The position numbers and the translations under genes are program-made. From Deltaproteobacteria bacterium (GTDB taxonomy: Bacteria; Myxococcota_A; Polyangia; Fen-1088), in the NCBI GenBank assembly GCA_033763315.1, contig JANRKS010000005.1:288001-352000 (forward strand): a stretch of 64,000 nucleotides of DNA, given 5' to 3'. Positions 56,605 through 64,000 of this stretch are shown here, one piece after another (positions within the stretch are counted from its first letter, which is position 1; each line of letters starts with the position of its first letter). Under the pieces are notes generated by a model, which did no database searches, was not told the DNA's origin, and was given only the letters and a program-made list of their open reading frames with translations.

Positions 56605-57102
56605 TCATTGATCTTCCTTGGCCGCGTCCATGCTTGCATCATCGTCGCGAAGTGAGTCAGGACTTGAATCAGACCGAACGTCAGGTCTCAACAAGCACGA
56701 CACGGGCTCCGACCTGACCCGATCGATCATGTCGCATCCTCGGCTATCCTTCACGATCACGCGGTTGTTGTACGTCTGGTCGGCATATCTGGGGCAGGAG
56801 CCATCCGGCTGACGTGCCCCACCGATCCGACCACCGTCGCACTGGTAATAGTCGATGGGGCAGCATGGCGATGGGGCGTCGGCCGCATCGGGCGCTTGGC
56901 TGCCTCCCGCGTCGCACGCTGGACTCAAGCTTAAGGGCGCTCCCAAGGCGACAAGCGCCGCAATGCGGCACCAACGCGACGTGATCAGGGCTCGAATGTC
57001 GCGATAGCGCCGTGAACCTGTGCTGAACGCACGCTGAAATGGCATTTCATCGGTTTCAGCAAAGATCGGACCACGGCGCGTAAAGCTGGGTTTCAAGCCC
57101 AC
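56605..57102 (-). CDS. Small Cys-rich putative lipoprotein (start uncertain)
   Basis: ALVALGAPLSLSPAC followed by a 6-Cys domain. Confidence 0.45.
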   Translation of the reverse strand: MGLKPSFTRRGPIFAETDEMPFQRAFSTGSRRYRDIRALITSRWCRIAALVALGAPLSLSPACDAGGSQAPDAADAPSPCCPIDYYQCDGGRIGGARQPDGSCPRYADQTYNNRVIVKDSRGCDMIDRVRSEPVSCLLRPDVRSDSSPDSLRDDDASMDAAKEDQ

Positions 57103-57137
57103 ATCGCCTTTGGCTTACCGTTGTTCTTGATTGGCGC

Positions 57138-58079
57138 CTACGCTTGCGTTGGCAGCAGGGCTTCTAGCTTATCGAATGAGCCCGTCCAGCCTTGTGTCAT
57201 GCCGGGCTTGCCTTGATGGAACGTCTCGCGTTCAACGGCTGTGGCTTCGCCGTGCACTTGCCATTGCACCGTGACCCGCGTGCGATTTGGTTCTTCTTCC
57301 GTTAACGTCACGGTGGTCAGCATCTCTGCGGGCCACGTCGGCGCCAAGGGATGGCGTGCCGGTTGTTCGTCTTTGTCGCAGAAGGACTGCGTGTAGACGA
57401 TAAGGTTCGGCTTCTGAATTTTCTGGTAGTTGCCTCTGCCGTACATGGTAAGACCATTGCCGCTCATGCAAAAGAAGGAGCTGCCGCCTGGCCTGATGTC
57501 AGCGCGCAGATACTCCATCGTCATGCCTACGGGCGGCAGCCACTGCGCGAAATGCGCAGGATTCGTCCACAGATCGAACATCGTGTTGATGTCTGCATCG
57601 AAGGTGCGATTGATCACGAACTTATCCGTGGGGGATAGATACTCGGCCAACCGATCCCAGGTGCTATCGCCACCAACCTGCTTGATAAACTTCTTTGTTT
57701 CCTTGGCGGCCTGCTCAGTTGCCAAAGCCATGGTCATCTCCATCAGCGTTTTGTTGCCAACCTCCTTGAAGTTGACCGTGACACGAAAGAGCGGCGGCCG
57801 ATCTTCGTAACCGCCATGGTCGTACACAAGCCGCGCATACTCTTGCACTTCTAGAAACTTGGTGTGGTTCGGATAATCGGTGCCATCAGGGCCGTGCATG
57901 ACGTATTTCCACGAGCCGCCCGTTCGAACGTCCTTGTACTCGTTGGTGATTGTGAACCCACGCGGGCCCCACCACTGCGCCACCTGCGCGGGATCTGTCC
58001 ACGCTTCCCACACCATCTTCACGGGCGCGTCGAAAAGGCGCTCGATGTAAAGTTCGTTCGGCTTACTTTTGGTTGCCAT
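57138..58079 (-). CDS. Tandem SRPBCC/AHSA1 domain protein
   Basis: Two repeats of R.FDA....W..WT.P....QW..P.G. Confidence 0.92.
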   Translation of the reverse strand: MATKSKPNELYIERLFDAPVKMVWEAWTDPAQVAQWWGPRGFTITNEYKDVRTGGSWKYVMHGPDGTDYPNHTKFLEVQEYARLVYDHGGYEDRPPLFRVTVNFKEVGNKTLMEMTMALATEQAAKETKKFIKQVGGDSTWDRLAEYLSPTDKFVINRTFDADINTMFDLWTNPAHFAQWLPPVGMTMEYLRADIRPGGSSFFCMSGNGLTMYGRGNYQKIQKPNLIVYTQSFCDKDEQPARHPLAPTWPAEMLTTVTLTEEEPNRTRVTVQWQVHGEATAVERETFHQGKPGMTQGWTGSFDKLEALLPTQA

Positions 58080-58473
58080 CTTGGCTTCCCTTCTTCTTGT
58101 TCGTTTTGTTGGTGCGCTTTGGGGCTGCGCTCGTTTTGGCTTCAGCGTTTTTGAGCCGCATCTGCTGCTTTAAATACGCGTCGAGTTGATCGAAGCGTTG
58201 CTCCCAGATCGTTTTGTATTCGTCCACCCAGTCTGCGATCTCACGCAACGCCGCCGGTTCGATGCGGCAAGGGCGAAACTGGGCGTCGCGGCTGCGCGAA
58301 ATCAGCCGGGCGTTCTCGAGCACCTTTAGGTGTTTGGTGATGGCCGGGGCTGAGATCGCAAACGGCTTCGCCAGATCCTTCACGGTGGCTTCTCCTTGCG
58401 CCAATTGCGCCAGGATGGCTCGACGTGTGGGATCAGCCAGCGCGAAGAACGTCAGCGTCAGCGTGTCTTCCAT
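58063..58473 (-). CDS. ArsR/SmtB family regulator
   Basis: FFALADPTRRAIL...AITKHLKVLE.A.LI. Confidence 0.95.
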   Translation of the reverse strand: MEDTLTLTFFALADPTRRAILAQLAQGEATVKDLAKPFAISAPAITKHLKVLENARLISRSRDAQFRPCRIEPAALREIADWVDEYKTIWEQRFDQLDAYLKQQMRLKNAEAKTSAAPKRTNKTNKKKGSQDGNQK

Positions 58474-58496
58474 GGCGACGAACTATGCCAGTTGGT

Positions 58497-58518
58497 TAAT
58501 TAACCCGCAAGTTAATTA
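58497..58518. promoter_or_regulatory. ArsR operator
   Basis: TAATTAAC-CCGCAA-GTTAATTA perfect inverted repeat upstream of the arsR start. Confidence 0.75.
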
Positions 58519-58652
58519 TAAGTTTAACGCCGGGATCGCTGCAGCGGTGCACCCTTGCGCCTTATCAGGGGTGCCCATATCATAACAATCTATAACAAGA
58601 AGCCGGGCCACCTTTGACGGGTGAGCCGCTGGCCAGCGGGAAGAAGGACTCC

Positions 58653-59462
58653 ATGCAGTTTCGGAGCGTTCGCAGCCATATTTTTCGTGCAGGCGTATGG
58701 GCCACCAGCACGGGCCTGTTGCTCGGTTTGACGTTGGCTTGTTCCAACGAAGCCGCAGAAAGCCAAGCGCAGTCGAATACCGCTGGCGAAGGTGGAGAGG
58801 GCGCAGAAGGCGGCAGTGGGGGCGGTGACGATCGCGTCCCGATGGGAGGCTCTACCGAGCCCTCACCGGTCATGGTTGACGCCTCCATTGCGGACTCGGC
58901 GGCCGACGCGGGTGGAGAGGATGCGAAAGAGGCAGGAAACCTTGTCCCTGCAATCATGGGCGCCGGTTACGGAGGCATCCGCACAATTTCTTTCGACGAC
59001 GGTCTCACGTGGAAAACCCTGGCGATCGCCAACCGGCGCAACGCAGATGACGAGAACTTGATCCGTGGGGTCGGCTATGTGGGCGGCGTTTGGATCGCTG
59101 TGGGCTGGAAGGTGTTTCGTTCAGTTGATGGTCGCCAATGGACCGAAGCGGATCTGCCCGGCGGTTGGTACGACTGCGTAAGTGAAAGCAACGGAAAGAT
59201 CATCGTGAAGACAATCCGATCCGATTATGGCGGTCAAAACGGCGACACGTTGTCGTCAAGCGATCAGGGAAGAACGTGGCAAGAGGTTAGAGCTAACAAA
59301 CCCGTTTGCAACTACACTCCCAAACCCTTTCCCGCGGGCAACGCGCTCGTGCGTGGCCGCGGCGGCATCGAGCGCTCCACTGATCAAGGCAAAACGTGGA
59401 AGAAAGTGTTTGAAGACTGCTGCTGGGTGGAAACGTTCGCTGCGGGCCGCGCCGCCCGTTAG
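58653..59462 (+). CDS. Lipoprotein with BNR/Asp-box repeats
   Basis: LTLAC lipobox; SFDDGLTW, SVDGRQW, SSDQGRTW, STDQGKTW. Confidence 0.78.
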   Translation: MQFRSVRSHIFRAGVWATSTGLLLGLTLACSNEAAESQAQSNTAGEGGEGAEGGSGGGDDRVPMGGSTEPSPVMVDASIADSAADAGGEDAKEAGNLVPAIMGAGYGGIRTISFDDGLTWKTLAIANRRNADDENLIRGVGYVGGVWIAVGWKVFRSVDGRQWTEADLPGGWYDCVSESNGKIIVKTIRSDYGGQNGDTLSSSDQGRTWQEVRANKPVCNYTPKPFPAGNALVRGRGGIERSTDQGKTWKKVFEDCCWVETFAAGRAAR

Positions 59463-59482
59463 GTGCAACCTTACGGGCGTCG

Positions 59483-59620
59483 TTAGTCGACGTAGAATGT
59501 GAAGCTGTCGATCACTTGGCCGCTTACGTTCTTGAAGTAGCCGGTGCCTTTTTTGGGATTGCCATCCACATCCCGAATCTTTGTGTAGCCCCAACCCAAG
59601 TTTTCGTTGGCGAACCGAAG
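59483..59620 (-). pseudogene. Probable C-terminal remnant of a metallophosphoesterase-like gene
   Basis: Manual translation ...NLGWGYTKIRDVDGNPKKGTGYFKNVSGQVIDSFTFYVD*; protein-like end with no plausible full-length N-terminus. Confidence 0.4.
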
Positions 59621-59721
59621 AACAAGGTCAGGCCGCCGAAGTCTGAATCCTTTTTTTGCGACGAGGTGGGTGAGACAGCGTCAACGGTCGCAACAACATC
59701 GATTCACCGAAGGATGATGTC

Positions 59722-61326
59722 ATGAAAACGAAGTCAGTTATGTTGAGCTCTTTTGCCGCTCTCCTTGGCGCTTGCTCTGGCGTGCCAACATTCGACGAGG
59801 AACCACTAGGAGCGGACGTGCAGCTGCGACAAGAGCCGCTCGATGGCTTACCCGCCAAGGCAGGCGGCCCGCCCGGCGATGACGTTGCTATGACCAGGCA
59901 ATTTATCCTGGATAGCCTCTCGAAATACGTCCCGGCTGACATCAAGGCTTTGGGAAAGGCCGCCAACGATTTGGGCACCGTGTACAGCAAAGCAAAGACC
60001 ACCGTCGAGGTGGCCAGAGCACTGGGGGAAGCTGTAGGACTATTGCAGAAGCGGCAATCAGCCGAGGAGGGCATTGCCGAGATCCAAAAGCGCCTTGAGT
60101 TCGTGATTCAACAGGTCGAGTTGCTGGGCGTTCGGCTGGACGGGCGGGAATCGGCACGAGATCGTGCCAACCGTCTAGGAATGGCGCTGCGGGCGGTGGT
60201 GACTGCCCAGCAGGCCATCGCCTCGGGTCAGAACTTCAACCCCGCCTGGCCGGCCGCCGAGAACTCTGGCCTAGCGGCGACGCAAGTCATGATGCCAGTG
60301 CAGTTTGAGTCGATCTATTCTCACCAGTCGGTTGCCGGCGAATGGGACAAAATGGTTAGCAGAAGGGCTGCGTCGCCGGGGGGGATCGCTTACGACTGGC
60401 GACTGGGTGTACCAGCCATGCTTCAGATCATCGCGGCCCGCATCAGCGTCATTGCGGCTCTGGACGCATCGTTCAAGACCAGCGGCATTTATAGGAACGA
60501 GCTTCTCGACTACCGAGCGAATATCCTCTCTCACATACAGAGAATGAACAGCGGTATCGAGTGTGGATGGGCGCCGGGGCCCGCAAACACAAACACGATC
60601 CGCGTAGGATGTGCGGACATTCATTCGGGTCTTGCCTCGTACCAGACCTTTGAAAACCCCGCAAACTTCTGGCTGTGCCTCGATTTGCGCACGGGACGGT
60701 TCAACGAGGATTGCTATCGGCAGGAGCACGCCAAATGGTTGGCGTTCCACCAAAATGAAGTTGCCACGTCGAAGATATTGCTCAGAGCCGAAGTCGCGAA
60801 ATCGATGCCGATCTTCGAGATGCAGTCGCTGGCCGACCAGTTGTACTCGTACGCTTTCAACTCGCCAGAGCTCACGACGAGGAACCGGCGGATTCAGTCG
60901 AATAGCAACCCCAACCTATGCATCGATGTCCAGTGGGGTAACCCCGGCCGTGGCACACCGGTATGGCTGTGGCCCTGTGACGGCAACAACGCGCAGCAGT
61001 GGGTTTATGATCGGCGATCGGGCCTCATCCGCAACCCAGCCTACGACAAATGTCTTGATGTCCAATGGGGTAGGATCACCCCGGGGGCCCCGATTTGGAC
61101 ATGGGACTGCACGGGCGATCCAGCCCAGACGTGGACTTGGGATCCCGAAACGGGGCAGCTGCAAAATGCCTTGGGCACCGTAGCGGCGTTCAATCAGCCA
61201 ACACAAGCCGATTTGCTCTTCACAGAAAACAGATACACCCCAGTCGGCCCGAAGCAACAGTGGATCGAGATGTTCACAGACTCCGACTCTTCGGCACCTC
61301 CCAAGATAAGCGGACTGAAATTCTAA
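59722..61326 (+). CDS. Lipoprotein with helical N-terminal domain and C-terminal ricin-B lectin domain
   Basis: LLGAC lipobox; CIDV...WPCDGNNAQQW, CLDV...WDCTGDPAQTW (QxW repeats). Confidence 0.85.
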   Translation: MKTKSVMLSSFAALLGACSGVPTFDEEPLGADVQLRQEPLDGLPAKAGGPPGDDVAMTRQFILDSLSKYVPADIKALGKAANDLGTVYSKAKTTVEVARALGEAVGLLQKRQSAEEGIAEIQKRLEFVIQQVELLGVRLDGRESARDRANRLGMALRAVVTAQQAIASGQNFNPAWPAAENSGLAATQVMMPVQFESIYSHQSVAGEWDKMVSRRAASPGGIAYDWRLGVPAMLQIIAARISVIAALDASFKTSGIYRNELLDYRANILSHIQRMNSGIECGWAPGPANTNTIRVGCADIHSGLASYQTFENPANFWLCLDLRTGRFNEDCYRQEHAKWLAFHQNEVATSKILLRAEVAKSMPIFEMQSLADQLYSYAFNSPELTTRNRRIQSNSNPNLCIDVQWGNPGRGTPVWLWPCDGNNAQQWVYDRRSGLIRNPAYDKCLDVQWGRITPGAPIWTWDCTGDPAQTWTWDPETGQLQNALGTVAAFNQPTQADLLFTENRYTPVGPKQQWIEMFTDSDSSAPPKISGLKF

Positions 61327-61515
61327 GGTGAATCTCGGAGTGTCGCCTCGATTCGAATTCCCGTTTCAGAATGACTGAGGGCATTGTGCATGTCTGGCGG
61401 GCACGGAAAGGCGGGGCGGCCTGATGCAGCTTTTCGCGAACGCTGCGAATGCCGCTTGAGAGCGGCAGCAACGAAGGGGGGCGATGTCTGCACAACCCTT
61501 CGTTGTGCCTTCGCG

Positions 61516-62154
61516 CTATTCGGTCTTGAAGCCCACCTTGTTGTGAGTGCCGTCGCAATAGGGTTTGTTCGCTGACTGGCCACAGCGGCAGAGGGCGGTT
61601 TTCTCAACCCGGTTCAGGGTTCGGCCGGTGCCCGAACAGATTTCAAGATTGCCGCTCACAAGCAGTGGCCCATTCTTGAGCGGCGTGATGGTGAGCGGTC
61701 CGCCCCGCGTTGCCAAGGGTTGCGAGGGTGCGGTGGCAGGCTCCCCCGTTGCGGTGAAATTCGCAGCGCTGTGGCTGCCATCGCAAAATGGCTTGTTGTT
61801 CGAGGCACCGCATCGGCACAACGTGGCACGCAGCGCAGAACCGTGTCCGTCGATCGAGATCTCGGCGTGAATGGCGACGGGGCCATTCTCTCGCACGCGC
61901 GCAACGTTCACCAAGGGCGCTGATTCGCCCGGGGTTCCATCCAAGGGTTCAAACGTGATGGCGCCCGACGGGCAGTTGCGCGCGATTTCGGCGAGCTCTG
62001 GGACGCTGGCGTTATCGGGATGTATCCACGCGCCTTGCACGTTAGGCACGAAGACATCCGGTCGATCCAAAACGCAGTGTCTTGAGTGGATGCACTTCTT
62101 TCCTTCAAAACGAAGGATCGCTTTTTGCCCCGTCACCTCTTCGATTTTGCTCAT
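61516..62154 (-). CDS. Iron-sulfur protein: divergent 4Fe-4S domain plus two CDGSH domains
   Basis: CIHSRHC...CPSGA; LCRCGASNNKPFCDGSH; LCRCGQSANKPYCDGTH. Confidence 0.93.
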   Translation of the reverse strand: MSKIEEVTGQKAILRFEGKKCIHSRHCVLDRPDVFVPNVQGAWIHPDNASVPELAEIARNCPSGAITFEPLDGTPGESAPLVNVARVRENGPVAIHAEISIDGHGSALRATLCRCGASNNKPFCDGSHSAANFTATGEPATAPSQPLATRGGPLTITPLKNGPLLVSGNLEICSGTGRTLNRVEKTALCRCGQSANKPYCDGTHNKVGFKTE

Positions 62155-62252
62155 GGTGGAAGAATTGCTTTTCTGCTCGCGAAGAGCAAGTCCCGTATTC
62201 GCCCGCGATTTCGCGCCTTCGGGATGTCCGGCTATTGGCTGGCCTCGGCCGC

Positions 62253-62396
62253 ATGAACCAAGAGGCTTCCCTCCGGCAGATTCGTGCCAGCGAACTCAAG
62301 GCGATGCGTGACCAAGGTTTGCCGCACGAGCTCTTTGATGTGCGTACCACCGCAGAGCGTGCGCTATTTGCAGAAGTGCCTGCGGGTGGGAGTTAA
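62253..62396 (+). pseudogene. Truncated rhodanese-like fragment
   Basis: IRASELKAMRDQG..HELFDVRTTAER is a rhodanese N-terminus; it stops after 47 aa, before the active-site Cys. Confidence 0.55.
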
Positions 62397-62422
62397 GCTT
62401 CCAGATTGACATCGCGCCTTGG

Positions 62423-63598
62423 CTACCGAAGAAACAGGATGTCCAACGCGTCAGTTCGGCGGTCAATCGGGCCGGCGGAGATCTCGGTGCGATTCGCGAG
62501 CAACACGGTCGCGATGCCGCGGGAAGGGTAGATTCGCACGTTGCCGTGAAAGCCCAACCCGCCGCCCTGCTTTCCGAAGTAGGACTGGCCGGCCAACTTG
62601 CCGATCACCCAGCCGAGCGCGCCGGCAGGTTGTCCATTCGTCGTGTGCTGTCGTGCGAACAACTTCGCTTTTGTCTCCGCACGCAGCAGCACCGAATCGC
62701 TGCGGAGCAGGTCTGCAAGCACACGTCCCGGCGCTTGTGCCGTAACGAAAAGGCCGCCGTACGCACGGCCGTAAGGCAGGACGCGCGAGCTGCTGCTCCA
62801 CGGGCCGCGTGCGTCGCCCCAGTAGCGCGCTGGCGTCATGAGCCGAAGCATCCAAGTGAGGGGGCTGAACCGACGAGCGTATCCCACTGCCAACGCGCCG
62901 GGCCCGTCTATCGCGAAACGCGCCGACGCAGCCGTGAGGCCCAAGGGTCGGAACACGTGGTCGTCGACATAGGCCGCGTAGTCCTGGCCGGAGGTGCTTT
63001 CGATCACCTTCTCCAACAGCCAGTAGCCGAGGTTCGAATAGCCGTACTTCTGCCCAGGTGCGTGGCGAAGGCGCGGGTGCTTCCCGAGGATCCGCTGGAT
63101 CTCTCGGTCGCGATCGAACGACTGGCCTTGGACCACGAACCAATCGAGCGGCATTGGATCGGGCACGCCCGAGGTGTGAGCCAACAGCTGACGAATCGTG
63201 ACGTCGTCGCCATACGGGTGGCGCTTGAAATACTTCTGAAGGGGCGCGTCCAGCTTGATTCTTCCCTGTTCCACCAGCTGCATAACGGCGATGGCGGTAA
63301 TCACCTTGGTGGTCGAATACGCCATTAGGATCGTGGCCTCATTCATCGGCGTTGCGGAGCCGACGTCGCTCACGCCGGCCGTTGCGGAAAACAGCACGCC
63401 CTTTGGACCGACGACCACGTACTGGATCCCAGGCACCTCTCCTGATGAGACGAGCTGTTCCAAAGCCAGCCGCGCCCGCGCGGCCGGGGCTCCCTGGGTT
63501 ACATCGGTGGCTGTACAACTTGGCATGGTCATCGATACCATCAGGACAGCCAAGGCGTGCGCGAGGAACGAGCCGATCTGCTTGGCGCCGGGGTTCAT
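62423..63598 (-). CDS. Serine hydrolase (beta-lactamase class C/PBP-like)
   Basis: STTK (SxxK), LLAHTSG, YSNLGY, KQG at the triad position. Confidence 0.9.
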   Translation of the reverse strand: MNPGAKQIGSFLAHALAVLMVSMTMPSCTATDVTQGAPAARARLALEQLVSSGEVPGIQYVVVGPKGVLFSATAGVSDVGSATPMNEATILMAYSTTKVITAIAVMQLVEQGRIKLDAPLQKYFKRHPYGDDVTIRQLLAHTSGVPDPMPLDWFVVQGQSFDRDREIQRILGKHPRLRHAPGQKYGYSNLGYWLLEKVIESTSGQDYAAYVDDHVFRPLGLTAASARFAIDGPGALAVGYARRFSPLTWMLRLMTPARYWGDARGPWSSSSRVLPYGRAYGGLFVTAQAPGRVLADLLRSDSVLLRAETKAKLFARQHTTNGQPAGALGWVIGKLAGQSYFGKQGGGLGFHGNVRIYPSRGIATVLLANRTEISAGPIDRRTDALDILFLR

Positions 63599-64000
63599 CG
63601 CAACGGCTCCGACGTGACCGCGACGTGGTCATTGGGCTCAGGGGAGGTATGGAACCGTGCGCACGTCATGCGGCGCAGGCTCTCATCGCGGTGCTCGGCC
63701 TCGTCGCGGGCGATCTGGCGAAACAACGCCGCAAGCGTCGCGTGCGCACCGTAGTCTTCGGCGAAGATGCTGATCCAGGGCTGCGATTCAAGCTCGGGGT
63801 GGCCAGCGACAAACGCCAAGTATGAAACTTCGGCGTGATCCTCGAAGTCGGCGTTCAGTGCGTAACTCCAGCGCGGGTTGAGCACGTATAGAAGCCAGCT
63901 GACGTGGTAGTAGACAAGCGCCAGCAGCTGCGGGATCGCGCGGCCGAGCAACCACGATGTTCGTTCGCCACTTTTCGAAAGCAGCTCGTCCACGATCAGG
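63595..64000 (-). CDS. Alternative-oxidase-like di-iron ferritin-fold protein (5' end outside window)
   Basis: YALNADFEDHAEVSY and IARDEAEHRD match the third and fourth iron-ligand helices of AOX/PTOX. Confidence 0.72.
   Translation of the reverse strand, partial: LIVDELLSKSGERTSWLLGRAIPQLLALVYYHVSWLLYVLNPRWSYALNADFEDHAEVSYLAFVAGHPELESQPWISIFAEDYGAHATLAALFRQIARDEAEHRDESLRRMTCARFHTSPEPNDHVAVTSEPLR

Noticed and set aside
53900-62400. Defined mobile element or prophage
   Set aside because: Content looks accessory, but I found no integrase, transposase, terminal repeats or phage genes

Overview
GC-rich, densely coding bacterial DNA. MYXO-CTERM-like tails, Cys-rich CDGxDNDCDG repeat proteins, a Myxococcales-type sigma factor, a Ser/Thr kinase and DUF1592/DUF1552 pairs point to a Myxococcota (Polyangia-like) genome (inference). 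I see no rRNA, complete tRNA, CRISPR array, integrase or transposase. Contents in order: DUF1552/DUF1592 pair with a divergent ECF sigma/anti-sigma cassette (1-6.2 kb); sigma54-driven GH39-like surface hydrolase; two Cys-rich surface proteins (VWA and FGE-fold); response regulator, histidine kinase and HDOD genes with sigma28-like promoters, interrupted by a TPR plus Ig-repeat lipoprotein pair; ddl, prolyl oligopeptidase, TetR/LysR-regulated genes and sugar-type catabolic genes; a dabBA inorganic-carbon pump; a second DUF1592/DUF1552 pair; a signalling island (42.7-51.6 kb); and an accessory tail with an AbiEii-type toxin-antitoxin pair, a ricin-lectin lipoprotein, gene remnants and an alternative-oxidase-like gene. 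The best candidate for an undescribed system is at 46.7-51.6 kb: an ECF sigma, a zinc-finger transmembrane anti-sigma and an exported caspase (C14) with a probable C-terminal beta-barrel. The caspase and anti-sigma share an x-R-G-G motif that could be a cleavage site, and a promoter-like motif TTTGTCYG-N16-CATAG occurs three times, before the sigma gene and two lipoprotein genes. All family assignments come from motif recognition by eye, not database searches.
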